64,000 nt of DNA from NCBI GenBank assembly GCA_037447605.1, contig CM074804.1:5991909-6055908 (forward strand), in the 5' to 3' direction. Source of the stretch: Zygnema circumcarinatum SAG 698-1b. Taxonomy: Eukaryota > Plantae > Zygnematophyceae. The notes beneath the pieces were generated by a model. That model did no database searches. It was not told the origin of the DNA and saw nothing but the letters and a program-made list of their open reading frames with translations. Of this stretch, positions 39,201 to 51,300 are shown in pieces. Both the position numbers and the translations under genes were made by a program. Position 1 is the first letter of the stretch. Every line of letters begins with the position of its first letter.

Positions 39201-41420
39201 CCCTCCCCCTCCCCCTCCCCCCTCCCCCTCCCCCCTCCCCCTCCCCCCTCCCCCTCCCCCTCCCCCTCCCCCTCCCTCTCTCCCTCTCTCCCTCTCTCCC
39301 TCCCTCCCTCCCTCTCTCCCTCCCTCCCTCACCCCGATGAGCACGTCCCGCAGCACCAATCGCAGCACGCGGAGGCGGCGCGTCCCCTCGGGTCCGCCCG
39401 CCCCCGCGTGGTCCCCGAGGCGCCGCACCGCCTCCGCCTCCTTCACCGCGAGGCGCGCCTCCAGCCGCGGGAGCCAATCAGCGCGCAGCAGCCACTGGAG
39501 GAGGGAGTCGCTCCCGTGGGCCTGTGCGACCACCCGGTTCGGGCACAGCCAGGATTGGACCAGGCAGGGGGGGCCCACAAGCAGCAGCTTCTTTCGTTTC
39601 TAACTCAGAGGAAAGGAAAGGGGCACTAGCAGTTTTCATAAGGCGGGAGTCGATGGATGGGTGGGCGCGATGCAGCGCATGGCAGTGTGATGGGTGCAGG
39701 ATGGGGCTGGAAACTGACCCCATGCACGAGGGTGAGGGAGGAGCTGCCATCTGCTGGCAAGACGAACCCATGAAGCCTTGTGGTGTAAGGGTGATGCCAC
39801 GCATCTCCACGCATCAGTCTTGGCATCACCTGTGTTTGATGGGAAAAGGTATCACTACTTCAGAAGGAATGACTCGACAAAAGATACAGGGTGATTGCTC
39901 TAGAAAGCAGTTACTATAGCGCAAGCGTGCTCTTCCTACAGTGCCTCTCAACCCTCGTAAGCAGATGGCTCTATGGCCTTTATGAATGCTAATAAAGGGA
40001 TCGCACCTGCAGGGCTCGACAGCCCCATTGCATGGCTCTCCGACCAGACAACGAGCGCAGAACTACTCGCATTCCACGTAGTGGGCTGCCAGAATTAACT
40101 TCACACAACAGTCCCAATGGATCGCAGAGGTCACTTAAGAAGCTCTCCTTCTTTCAATGACACATTTTAATTGATCACATGCCAAGAAACTAGTAACACT
40201 TGAAGACTTACTGCCAGCTGAATGCTCTTACCTCATCGGGTTTTGAACCACACCTTCGTAAAGGACTTCATCACTCTGCAAGCATCGGCAACAGACAGAG
40301 CATTACAATAAAAAAGAGGCCACTCCTAGTTTAGAGCATCAACACACTCCTCCAGACTCGCTCCGCCCTTCACCTTTTCCCGGCAGATAGGAGCCCCATA
40401 AGCGCTTTCCGCTCGGTAATTAATTGTACAAACGTGCCAACATTGTGCAAATAGCAATCGTGGGAGACGTTTGCCTACATCATTCGCACCTTTTAGGAGG
40501 TCGTAACTGTGCACATTTCAATAACTCATTGTTCTTTGTGACTTCTATCAACGAAAGTATTTTGTCAACTTGTCAGTGTTTATATGCGTTCAATTCTGGT
40601 CGGATTAAGCATTAAACACATCTCTACAGCACCTCCCCAGCACATGTTTATGAAAAGAGTTCAACTGAATGTTTCCTTAGAACTTTCAAGAGAAACGCAT
40701 TCTCCCATCACCAGGAGAGGAACTGCAGCTACAGCAGCGATTGAAATTAACTGCAAGAGTAGAAATTATTTCGTTCACTATGATCGCTGCAGATGAACTG
40801 CCCCTATCACTTTTCTCATCAACCGAGTTTCTAACAAACGGAGGAACAGTCCTTTTTGTTGTATTCTATATGGGGAAGCCATCCAGCAAGTAGCCAATTA
40901 TACAAAATGCGACTTATTGCATCAAAACACAGGGATAGAGGATTCAACAATGCGGAGAACCGCACGAAGTTCTCCTCCCCCAGACAGGCTGCTGAGTTAT
41001 CTGCAAGCTCTGCGTCAATTATTAATAATTAAAGGGCACCGAGAAGCTGCTTACTCGTGCGCAGAGTCCAACGCTGACAGACGGATACATGAAGAAGTCA
41101 GAGTCCTTGAATTCAGATAAAACATTGCCATTTTTCCCGCTTCGCATGGCATCCAGAGCCTCCTGTAAGGGATCCCCTGCAGTGTTCAAGCTATCCGAAG
41201 AAATCACAGCGTTGTCCGGCGCGGCCAGCGAGTCTATGGCTCCAGAAGGCGACTCCGATCTGGATGCGCTGCAGACTATGGAGCGCCGGCACCTGCCCTG
41301 GGATCCACAGTGCAACCGCTCAGCCCTAAAAATTCCCTCCACATTCTTCCCCACGCCTCCCTCTACGCGCAAACCTTCCGTAGGTCTGTAGCGGAGTGCG
41401 AGCGCGGAGGCTGAAGCCAT
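36294..41420 (-). CDS. Plastid kinase-fibrillin protein, ORG1/FBN11/PAP14-like
   Basis: Transit peptide MASASALALR. EFKDSDF...SVGLCAR|SDEVLYEG, LQWLLRADWLPRLEARLA, LRDVLIG|VNYLHSRGMAH, MLDRDGGAGWHLL, ALRHPFLCGPRWR, PGKWRLLYHTG and a C-terminal PAP/fibrillin exon, colinear with recalled At5g53450. Confidence 0.9.
39068..39330. repeat. Pure C/T (CCCCCT/CCCTCC)n tract in an ORG1 intron; G-rich on the sense strand
   Basis: About 260 bp of polypyrimidine on + directly after the donor ...CTCATCGGG|gtgagg on the - strand. Confidence 0.95.
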
Positions 41421-41577
41421 GGCTGCCCAATCTCTCTCTCTCACCTCCCCCACCTCCGACCTCTCCTCGGGCAGGCTTTATACATGCACCGACAAGGGCA
41501 TGCGCCACCGACACGGGCAGATGAATGTTTTGGTCTGCCCGGAGAAAAGATCCGCGCGCTGCCCGAGGAGGGGCAAC

Positions 41578-41707
41578 CACGTGGCGGCGGCGCGGCGCTA
41601 CGGTGCCACGTGGCGCGGCATTGTGGGGCCACGTGGCGGGGGCGCAGCGAGGGGGCGGCGGCCGCGCGCGGGATACTTTCGTTGGGGGGACCCGCGCCGC
41701 GCACGTG
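41578..41707 (-). promoter_or_regulatory. G-box cluster upstream of ORG1
   Basis: CACGTG at 41578, 41607, 41630 and 41702; three are in CCACGTGGC context. 160-290 bp upstream of ATG 41420. Confidence 0.5.
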
Positions 41708-42371
41708 CCGGCCGGCCGCCGCCGGCGGGCCAGACCGGCGCCAGTGACCCGCCGGCCGACGCCCGTCGGCATCTGACGGGCCGACGACGCCGACCAATTC
41801 GGGGATCCGTACTACACGGACGAGACCTTACCGTACAGTACAGTGAATCTGGACGAGTACCGTCCAGCGGCGGCCATGCATGCATTGGCGCAGACTACGC
41901 GTGCCCTCACGGCTCGAGTGCCGGTCTCAGGAGGGAGGGTCCGACAGCAACCATTGGCGTGGTTGAGCTTGCACTCTATCGTACTGTACTGTGCAGCGCA
42001 GATCCTTCTGTCGCATATTCAGAATCCTCTCTCTTCTCTCCACCATACATTCTGATAAGCAATACTCAGACAACAGTTGAGGGGGGCCAAGTCAATGGCA
42101 GGTCAAAAAATGCCTCAAAAGGCATTGGCAGGGATAACACAAGTCTCAGAAGAGAAATTATTCGGTATTGCAAAAGAGGGTGGATGTACAATGACAAGAC
42201 GCAAGCCAGCACGCGCTACTTTAAAGGGAACGTGATTCCCTGGGCTGCACAAGAACACGAGATCAATTCTCACTCCTAACAAAGTCGATCCGAACTAAAG
42301 ATCCACGCAAACAACGTTGTCTTTGAACCATCTCGCTGATGTACGAACAAAACTTTCCTACTCGCATATGT

Positions 42372-43408
42372 CTACTTTGCTTCAGCACTTTTGCTACTCG
42401 AAGTCCAGTCATCTGTAGATGCACTCGCAGGCGGAGGGTTTGAGCAGACTCTCAAAATGGCCTCAACCTGCACAGAGGCGGAAAAACCAGCAAATCAATT
42501 GCAACAGAATGGATAGAAGTAAAAAAAACCAAAACATGTGTTGGCATACATAGCGCCATAAGCATTCGTATAAGTCAATGACTATATGGAACTCCGTGTG
42601 CTGAGAAAGTGATCGACTCAGTCAAACGTGATTCTTTGTCAATGCTCCCCTCCTGTGCAGGTGCTTTAGGTTGTAACCTTTCCCTCCACTTTGAGGGAAA
42701 TACAGTCATTCAACAGGTGGAGAGTTGGGAGATGTTCAGAATTATTTCCTATGAATTTGAAGGCAGAATCAAGTATCCGTGCTTGCGATTGCACTTTGAC
42801 CATGTCGCACTTAAAAGAGTCGATTCTTTAAAAAGCAATTGTCCATGGCAAGTTGCCTTTGCTGAACATATTGTGGTGACAAGTACCTTGTGAGAGGGGC
42901 ATATGTGGAGGCGCAGTGAAAGGAAAAGAAAATTGAGAGGGAGCGAAGCATATCTAGAATATCTAACTTATCTCTTGGTCAAATCGTGAATCTCTGACCT
43001 ACTTGAAGCCATTCTTCAATGGAAGATGTAATGAAGCTGTATTTGCTGTGAGATGTCCAGTTCAAACATTCATCGTTTATGCCTTAAAGTGTCATCCTGT
43101 TGACTCTAGAATATATTATCCCCAACAAGTTGCAAAGATATTATAGAGATAAGCAAAAAATGAAATAAGAGGAAAAATGGAGAAGGAAGGTTTTTGCATT
43201 TTTTCTTGCCAACTTGCTACAGAAAAGAGTTTCTAAATGCCTACAAAGCATGAAAAATGTTCAAGCAGTAGCTGACCTGTTGAATACGGCGATGCCGAGT
43301 TTTGGCATTAGCGCGCCTCGTATGGTTCATTGGCCAATTCTTCCAAACAAGGCCGCCTGTTTGCTTGAATACCTGATTCAAGATTCGTGAGGACTCTCCA
43401 AACGCCAT
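42372..43408 (-). CDS. Small two-coding-exon protein, mitochondrial ribosomal mL60/MRPL31-like
   Basis: MAFGESSRILNQVFKQTGGLVWKNWPMNHTRRANAKTRHRRIQQ|gtcagc...gtgcag|VEAILRVCSNPPASAS...K*. GGLVWK followed by a basic helix resembles the recalled MRPL31 motif GGLLWKIPW...R.R.RLR.VD.VI. Confidence 0.6.
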
Positions 43409-43922
43409 GTTCTCTGCAAACTCAACAAGCCAAACGGTACAGCACATCAAGACATTTTTCAAGAGTGGAACAAAAAACCACGAAGCCGTCTAACACTAGA
43501 AGCAAATCTTCGTACGGGGAAGAACAGGAACGATCCAAATTAGACGTGATTGGTCGAAGTCAGACAGAATTAGTGCATGCGGACGAGAGGTATATCACTA
43601 CATCCGCCTTCGCAGGAGCAGCTATTGCAGCGCAAAACTGCGAGAGCTGGACCTGATTTCCCCGTATCAAGCGCGTGCATTGCTCCGTAAGCATGCGGCG
43701 AAGGCTCACCGTCAGCAGGGCGCCACCTTCCCAGCGCTCCGCTCCCCTGCAAGCACTGGAAGCTGCGAGTCTGCAACCCTAACAATGGATATGTTGCATG
43801 ACGTCACCCCCTAAGTCCCGTAAGCACGTGATGACCCCCTCGGGCCAGGTGGGTACGGCGGAATCTCATCTGTACAAAATGTACGGCATTTCGTACGCAT
43901 ACATACGTCATGCGACTACAGT

Positions 43923-44081
43923 AGGGGGTGTCAGACTTAAAAAATTTCAGTACGCGTGTTCGTAAGTTTGACATCAGAACGAGTACTCCAGTATAATCGC
44001 GATCCTCCTGCGGCGGAGTACTTTCGTAACCTTTTTTTTCGTAACGCTTTTCGTAAGATTTTGTTAAGTCTGACACCCCCT
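43923..44081. mobile_element. ~160-bp MITE with perfect 18-bp TIR AGGGGGTGTCAGACTTAA
   Basis: Left TIR 43923-43940 and right TIR 44064-44081 (TTAAGTCTGACACCCCCT). Flanks read as a 3-bp TSD AGT, or as TA if the TIR starts at GGGGG. Lies between the divergent mL60-like and DHHC genes. Confidence 0.8.
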
Positions 44082-44593
44082 AGTAGTTCGGGAATTTTAG
44101 GGCACGCCGCACGCGGCCATTGGCAATTGTGACGTACGGTGTAGGGCGAACCTGATGGACGACGTCAACAAATCGTCAGACAGTTGGAAACCTGCAAACC
44201 TGACGGAGGACGAGAAGCAGTGCCCGGGCAAGGTAGGGCGGGACCGCGGGGAGCGCGCAGGGCGGAGCGTGCAGCCATGGCCCCCTCCTGCTCGCGCTCC
44301 AGGAGGAGCAGGCGGTGGGCAGGGGCGCTACAGGAGTTGTAGGACGAGGAGGGCGGTGGAGGAGGTGGGGTAGGCAGCCAAGCAAGGTGTACAGAGAGGC
44401 TGGAAGGGCCTTCCTGCCGCTCCAAGCAGTCTCAAGGAGGAGTTGCGGTTCATGAGGGCCCTGCAGGGGAGGCTTTGTTACGCTGATAAATCTGAATACA
44501 ATATCGTCGAAGGTGTTGCGGCACGGGGCTGGAGGGGGGGGGAAAGGCACGCGACCGCCGCGTCTGCGACGTGCGCTAAAGTCGACATATGCC

Positions 44594-47500
44594 ATGGGCT
44601 TCCTGCGCTGCCTTTCCCTCCCCGTCGCTGTCGTTATACTTCTTATTGCATTCGTGTATCATACGATAATTTTTCTGGTCATCGAGCCCTGGCTAGGTCT
44701 TGATACAGCTCCTGGCATTTTCAACGCAGCACTCTTCTCAATTTGTGGGGTAATGGGACTTATCGCATATACATTAGCGATTATAAGGGACCCTGGGACG
44801 ATTCCCCCTATGTACGTACCAGATATGGAGGATACTGAATTGGTTATTCAGGAGGTGAAACGAAAAGGGGGCGAATTGCGATACTGCCAAAAATGTAGCA
44901 CTTACAAGCCCCCACGGGCGCATCATTGTCGTGTTTGTAAACGCTGTGTTCTCAGAATGGTGAGCTAGCATTATCATATATACATTGGATTCTCACAGAT
45001 GGCAGCATTAATTGTTCTGCTTCAGGAAACTTTTATACCAGAATCTTCAGCGATCTTCTCCTGAGACCACTTATTGCAATTTTTGTCTTGATCAATGCGT
45101 CTCTCATCCCGAATAGCGATTTTGAGCTTTTCGTGTGTGCTTCCCCCAGCGTGCTCTATGGCCGCGCTCCTGTTTTGCTTTAAGAAAGGCGGAGTTAAAC
45201 TCAGCATAGTTGTTAATCAGTTGTGCTGGAGACTTTTAATTGTCATCGTATTTGATTGCTTATAAGCTAACTTCTGCACCTAAAGTCCAAGTTGTTAACC
45301 CGCATTGCTAAATATCGTCTTTGAATAGGAGGGACAGGAGGTGAGCTGAGGTGCAGGACCATCACTGCATTTGGATAAACAACTGTGTTGGGCTGCGTAA
45401 CTACAAGCACTTCTTTCTCTTCCTCTCATACATTATTCTGGCGCTCGTGCATGCTCTTGTAAGTTTCGTCTCCATGGCTCCATGAGGCCTGCTTATTGTG
45501 ACAACTGTGAACACACTATGAGGAACCTCAATGAACAAAGGATAAAGCACGTAAAAACGTCGGAAATTGTGAGATATTAGTGAGCCAAAATCTGCAAGCT
45601 AAGCTGAAATGATGCAAAAATGGTGCGAAGGGCAGATCATCTTATAGATGCATGAACGACGGCCACTGCGCCAGTAAGGAGAATCTGCTCATGTTCATCA
45701 GATCATCCTTTTTGGTGCCACCTTATGGCAGCTGTTACCAAAGCGTTGTGGTGACTGTCTGATTACAAATCTAGTTGTATGCCTGAACAGCAGTAACAGG
45801 TCAACATGGTCTTTTTTGCTTCCAATGCATTTATGTGTCATTTTATCATGACGAGCAAGCTGATGTCTCATGTGCGCTGTATCAGGGGATTGCGAGTGGC
45901 AGAGGCAGTTGGAGCTCGTGGATGTATTGGGTGATTAGAATCTGCAATAGCAATAGTACAGTTTTGCAAAGGTTGAAGCAGATTTTAATGTTCGCGAACG
46001 GCTAGTAACCTCATTTCTGTGATAAGTGACCTGTGAATGCATCAGTTGTAGTGGCGTCGTAATGAGCATTGCCATTATTTTTCGTAGTCCTCTTGCCTAT
46101 GAGTGCCCTTGCACTTGGTTTTGACCACTGTTCGTCTTTCATTTTCTTGACTAACCTGTTCATTTGTTATCGTTTAACTTTTGTGTATGTGTGTTTTTGT
46201 GACAGAAATCGTTTACATGTGCTTCCTTGTACCATTTTCTTTTGCTTTGTTCGATACTTGCTTGACGTGACTTCTGGCTTACCCGAGGCTTTGTGGCTGA
46301 TGGCAGGTACTTCTGGTGGGGCAGTTCATGTATGACATTGGAGAAGAGGACGAGAGTGAAAAGCGCCGGACGTATCGTCGCCTCTCCCCCTTTTCTCCCT
46401 CTTTAGCGATGATACCTGCACTCAAGGTGCGGAGGTAATCCGTTTCATTCAGAGTCTAATTTATTCTGGTTGAGGCAGGAAGGACTGGCTACAGTGAACT
46501 GGAGACTACCTTTTTGGAAAACTACCTCGCTTTATTTCTCTAACTTCTTATGAGGAAATGTTCCGCAGGTATTGTCCGTGCTGATAGTGGTGCCCCTGCT
46601 GGTGGCCCTAGGGGTGCTACTAATCTGGCACATCTATCTAACACTCACGAACAAGACTACTATTGAGGTGAGCTATTCCTGGTACACCTTTGTGTTTTGA
46701 TTTGACTGTGTTGAAAGGGACTAGGCCGATTTGTCTCTGGTCAATATTCCACGTATCATATTCCATTCAAAATTCCTCATTCCTCTGGCTGAGCATTGGA
46801 AAAGCGCACTGGTTGAAATTGAATATTGGCTTGTTCGATTCTGTTGGCATTTGAGTGTTTTCGCGAGGATGAAGGTCTACACACGCAAGGTTCATCTGTG
46901 ACTGGGTTATTGCACCTGCATTGCCACTCACATTCACTATGGAAAAATATTATATGGATAGTAGGTTTCTTGTATGGATAGAAGAATTCCCGTGGAACGT
47001 TTGCTTATGTAAGGATCCATGGTAAAGGGCATTGAGCGAGTCCTATGAGCCGTCCACAAAAAGGTGCCATTGCACTCATCATGTTTATCCAACAAATCAT
47101 TCATGAATACTTAGTTTTCTTGCTTGACATATAGCTGTATTGAAGTTCTTGGTTTCTCACTCCACTGTCCACTTTTGCTGTTGTGCAGTACCATGAAGGA
47201 GTGCGTGCCAAATGGCTTGCCAAAAAGGCAGGAGAAATATACCGACACCCATATGATCTCGGGATTGTGAACAATCTTTTGGTGGTATGTCCCTTTCCCT
47301 CCTTCCAGTTTTCTGAGCCATTGCTTTTGCAATTAAAACTTAGCAGATTTGGCTGTGTCGTTCTGTTGAGGGGCGTTGGTGCCATGGCCGTTTTTTTGGA
47401 AGTTTAGTGAAACTACAAAGAGCAACACAGCCATTAAAGGATGACGTCGCTAAAATCAAACACTGAAAAGTATCGATGTATCCAAGTGAACATGTAGTCT

Positions 47501-47887
47501 CAAATCCGGACCTCCGGTGAAGTTTGTCATTCAGCTGTTGGTAGCTGGAGGAAAATACCTTGGGACCAACTCTTGGCTTGTTACCTCTAGCCTGTCCGTC
47601 CATTTTATATGGAACTATGCACAATCATGAAGCAAAAGTCCTTCCAAAGCGAAGTACAAGACTATTCTCCTCCAATGATCGAGCATGCTGGAAAGTTGGT
47701 AAATGTGCAGATTCTTGGCCCAAACATAATGTGCTGGGCTTGTCCCCCTGCTGTCGGCCACATTGGCGATGGCCTCCGGTTTGAGACGGCCTATGACCCA
47801 CCGAGGGAGAGAACGACGGGCGTTGGAGAGGGGGTAGTGGTGTCCAAGGAGCTGTGGCTAACAAGACGGACGAGGCTGCCCTGTTGA
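44594..47887 (+). CDS. DHHC-type protein S-acyltransferase, PAT15/PAT16-like
   Basis: [31 protein letters not shown]|[25 protein letters not shown]|[17 protein letters not shown]; four TM-like segments; stop at 47887. Confidence 0.93.
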
Positions 47888-48349
47888 GCTCCGCTGCTTG
47901 GGGTGCTTCTCATTGATTTTTATCAAGTTGAAAGGAGCTCGCAGTTTCTCAAGTTAAACTGTACCGTAGGGCACATTTTATTCGTGTCCCAGAAAACTGG
48001 TCCTTCACTTACGTATGGAAGATTAGTTGAGGTTTTCCCATGTCTACGGGCTGCAGGCCAATGATAAACACCATGTCCTCTTCCACATCCTCTCTACACA
48101 TCGATGAAGTAAACCTTTTTAATACCTGCACATTTTGAGAAATGACTTGAAGTTCGTTCATTCAATCCAATGGATATGTCCTCCTATGACACGTTATGCA
48201 AACCTTCCGCCCCTTAGCCTTCTGGCAGCACTGCCGCTTGTGGAAGGAGCGCGGACCGGTTCAGCCGCGAGTTCGATCCTCGCCGTCGGCGTAATGGCAG
48301 GCGCGAGGCCAGGGCCCTGCCGCCTCGAGAATTCACTTGCACGCCCGCC

Positions 48350-51300
48350 ATGGCGACCAAGCCTGCGCAGCTCGCAAGCTGGCTGTTCCGCTCGCCTCCG
48401 CCCCCCTCGCCCCTCTTTGCAGCAGCTGCCGTCCTCCTTAAGCCACTGCACGCTGCGTTTTCCCATGAGCACGGTGACCTGCTCAGCAGGAGCAGCTGCA
48501 GGGACACGGACAGCTGTGTGAACTCAGCTGCAGAGGGTTTCCACCCTGAAGGACGAAGTCAAACTGAGGAAGATGTCCGAGAGTACGGATCGTCTGACGA
48601 TGATTGCCACAGTGCTGTGGCGAGTAGATGGGTCGATAGGGTTGACGTTATTCGAAAACCAGCTAAAGAGATTGCTCCCTGGTTGGAACGTATGGAGAAG
48701 GACTTCGTTTTGCCGGGAGGTAGAAGCATGGGGAATATAAGAATAAATTGTGATCAGCTGAAGCGTACAGAGACGAGATGCTTCTCTTCGTCGGCTCCTA
48801 AAATTTTTGATGTTGATGCGGGACAACCAACGCCATGGAGTCATCCTGAGGTCCGTTGGAGCAATGCCAAAGCTAAGCCGATACAAAGGGTGGCCGAAGT
48901 CGCTCGTGTTTGAGGTGGTTGTTTGTTTTGCGCTGACAGTTACTGAATTTTTTAATGCAAGTTAGCTGACTCTCGAAAGGAAACCAAATGCACGGGACTC
49001 TCACTATCAGACCCTGATAGAAGGTTTCCCTTTAAGAGTGTCCGACCCGTTCTAATCACAGCAATGACACCATTAGTTTCATTCTCCAAGCAATCCAATT
49101 GTATATACTATTCTGCAAAGTTAACTTTTGTCCTTTCCCGCGTCTTGTCGGTGGAACTTCGGCTTTTTTAATCTTGACACCGGTTGCGAGGGGATTGAAT
49201 CATATTTTCTGCGTTGTCGACGCGACACTAATCACTAGTCATAATCTAGAATGCACTTCTTGAAGGGCAAGTTTTGGTCCCATTTTTTCACATATCTGAA
49301 AGGAATTTCCGTATCATGGACAGCTTCATCATACGGTTTAATTCTCCTTTGGAGAGAAAGCTCTTGTAACACTATGCGCGCTTCTTCTTCACACTCCTGT
49401 GAAGAAGAAGTGGGTTCAGGGATCCTTTTTCTTCACTCCTCGTCGTCCTCTTCTTCATACAGATACCCTCGGAAATCTTAGAAATGCAAAGCCGTGTGGC
49501 TGATGTACGTTTAACGATGCCTGATCAACTTGGGCTTTTTCACTCGTCACACTGTATTTCAACATTTGCACGTAATAGAAGAGAGGATGAAGTTCAAGAG
49601 GAGGATCAGTTTCGAGTGCATGAACCAAATTTCACGCATCACTTACACTCCTGCAAAATCATAAATGTGTTCAAAATCATTTATTATTTGAACAGAGTAT
49701 TCAAACTTCTTGCAGATATGGCTACATGACAGCAGAAGAGATTACGCGAAGAATAGTCATTCTTGCCTTTACCCAGTCACAATGGAAAGCGCAAAGAATC
49801 TGATGAGCGGGAAAGCCTGAGCCAACAATGAGGCCAATCTAAGATGTGCCTTCCAAGCTGGAACTTGAGTTCTTCAGATTGTACTGCATTCTAAACTTTG
49901 GAGAGGTCTGATTTTCTGACTTGCAGCTCCTTGCCCCTGGGGAGATCGTTCCTGGCATATCAGCTCGTGATTTTTCCCAACGCCGAGACAATGTGATGAG
50001 CAAATTGCCACCTGGCAGTGTGCTGATTGTCGGATCTGCAGAAGTGAAATATATGGCTGGGGTTATCCCATATCCTTACCGGCAAGATGCAGACTACCTG
50101 TATCTCACAGGCTGCCAGCAACCAGGAGGGGTGTTCATACTGGAGAAACGAGCAGCAGAAAGCGAACCGATGGTCACTATGTTCATGCCGGAAGCCTCGC
50201 GGGATGTGGGTAACATCAGCCACACCCCTTTGCTATTAAAAGAAGGTTGATGCTGCATGTCAGCTTTGAAGCTGCTGGTCGAACATTCTTGTCGAAGCCA
50301 TGCAGTGCAGGTAGAATCCTGGTTGCATGACGCCAGCCCAAAAATATTCACAACTAGTTGTTCAGGCACTATGTTGAGGTTTTGGCAATTGATCATTCAG
50401 GCATATCAAACACAAACCAAGTGCAATTGTAACATACGAGCACAAGTAAAAAAGGACTTCTCTTTTCAGATTTGTACGGACAGGTCTCATTTGGATCCAT
50501 CAACGGCATTTTAGGCTTTTGCGCCCACATTGTAGACTCGTGCTGCACGTTTACAGAGATAAGCATTGGCCCTGGCAATTGAAGTCCTTAAGGAGGATTT
50601 CTCTGCTATGTTTGCATGTTAATTGAGGTTAACCACATTATGCTGACGATTCCTGTGGCACCGGGCAGTTGGAGGTATGGAACGGACATGTTGCCGATGT
50701 TGATACAGCGATGAACTTCTTCGGTGCAGATTCAGCCTATCCTCTGCGAATGCTCGAAAAGGTCGACTAATTTCCCTACCCAGGGTTCACACTTGCTTAT
50801 TTTCACGGTTTTTGGAGTCAAGTCTTGGGAAAACAGATTCCTTTTAATCTTTGAAGCAGTCCTGGGTCACCGTCTATTTTATGACCCCACTATCCAAATC
50901 TTTATTTTTTTCTTTGGTCAAGTCACAGATGTTTGAGGGCAACCTATCTGTGTTCCTCTATCTATTTGCCCATGTGCATCTCCTGCAATTAACGTTTGCA
51001 GCACCTTTTTTGGTTTCTTGCCAGGAACTTGGCTCTATATTGGACAGAGCCAATCACATATACTACGACACGACGTCGTCGAGCCGACTGCATTCCAAAG
51101 CGCAGCCATTGGCTGCGGCAGCGCTCAGTGGTCGGCTAAAGTGTCCGCGGGCCGTCCTCCATCAAGCGCGTTGGCAGAAGGCGGAGGCGGAGGTGCGGCT
51201 CATGCGGCACTCGTGTTCCATCGCATCGCAGGTGAGCACATCACATAGAAGGATGGGTTTCCTCCCGAAGTTCATACCTTACAGAACGATGGGCAAAGAA

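Noticed and set aside
13013-47887. Apparent lipidation cluster (CaaX protein, PIG-A, DHHC acyltransferase)
   Set aside because: The genes are separated by unrelated housekeeping genes, and there is no evidence of co-regulation or conserved synteny.
48233-48291. tRNA-like fragment: T-arm GCGAG-TTCGATC-CTCGC followed by CGTCGGC-G
   Set aside because: Only 59 nt, the acceptor stem pairs 4-5 of 7, and there is no D or anticodon arm. At most an isolated B-box-like site in the ICP55 promoter.
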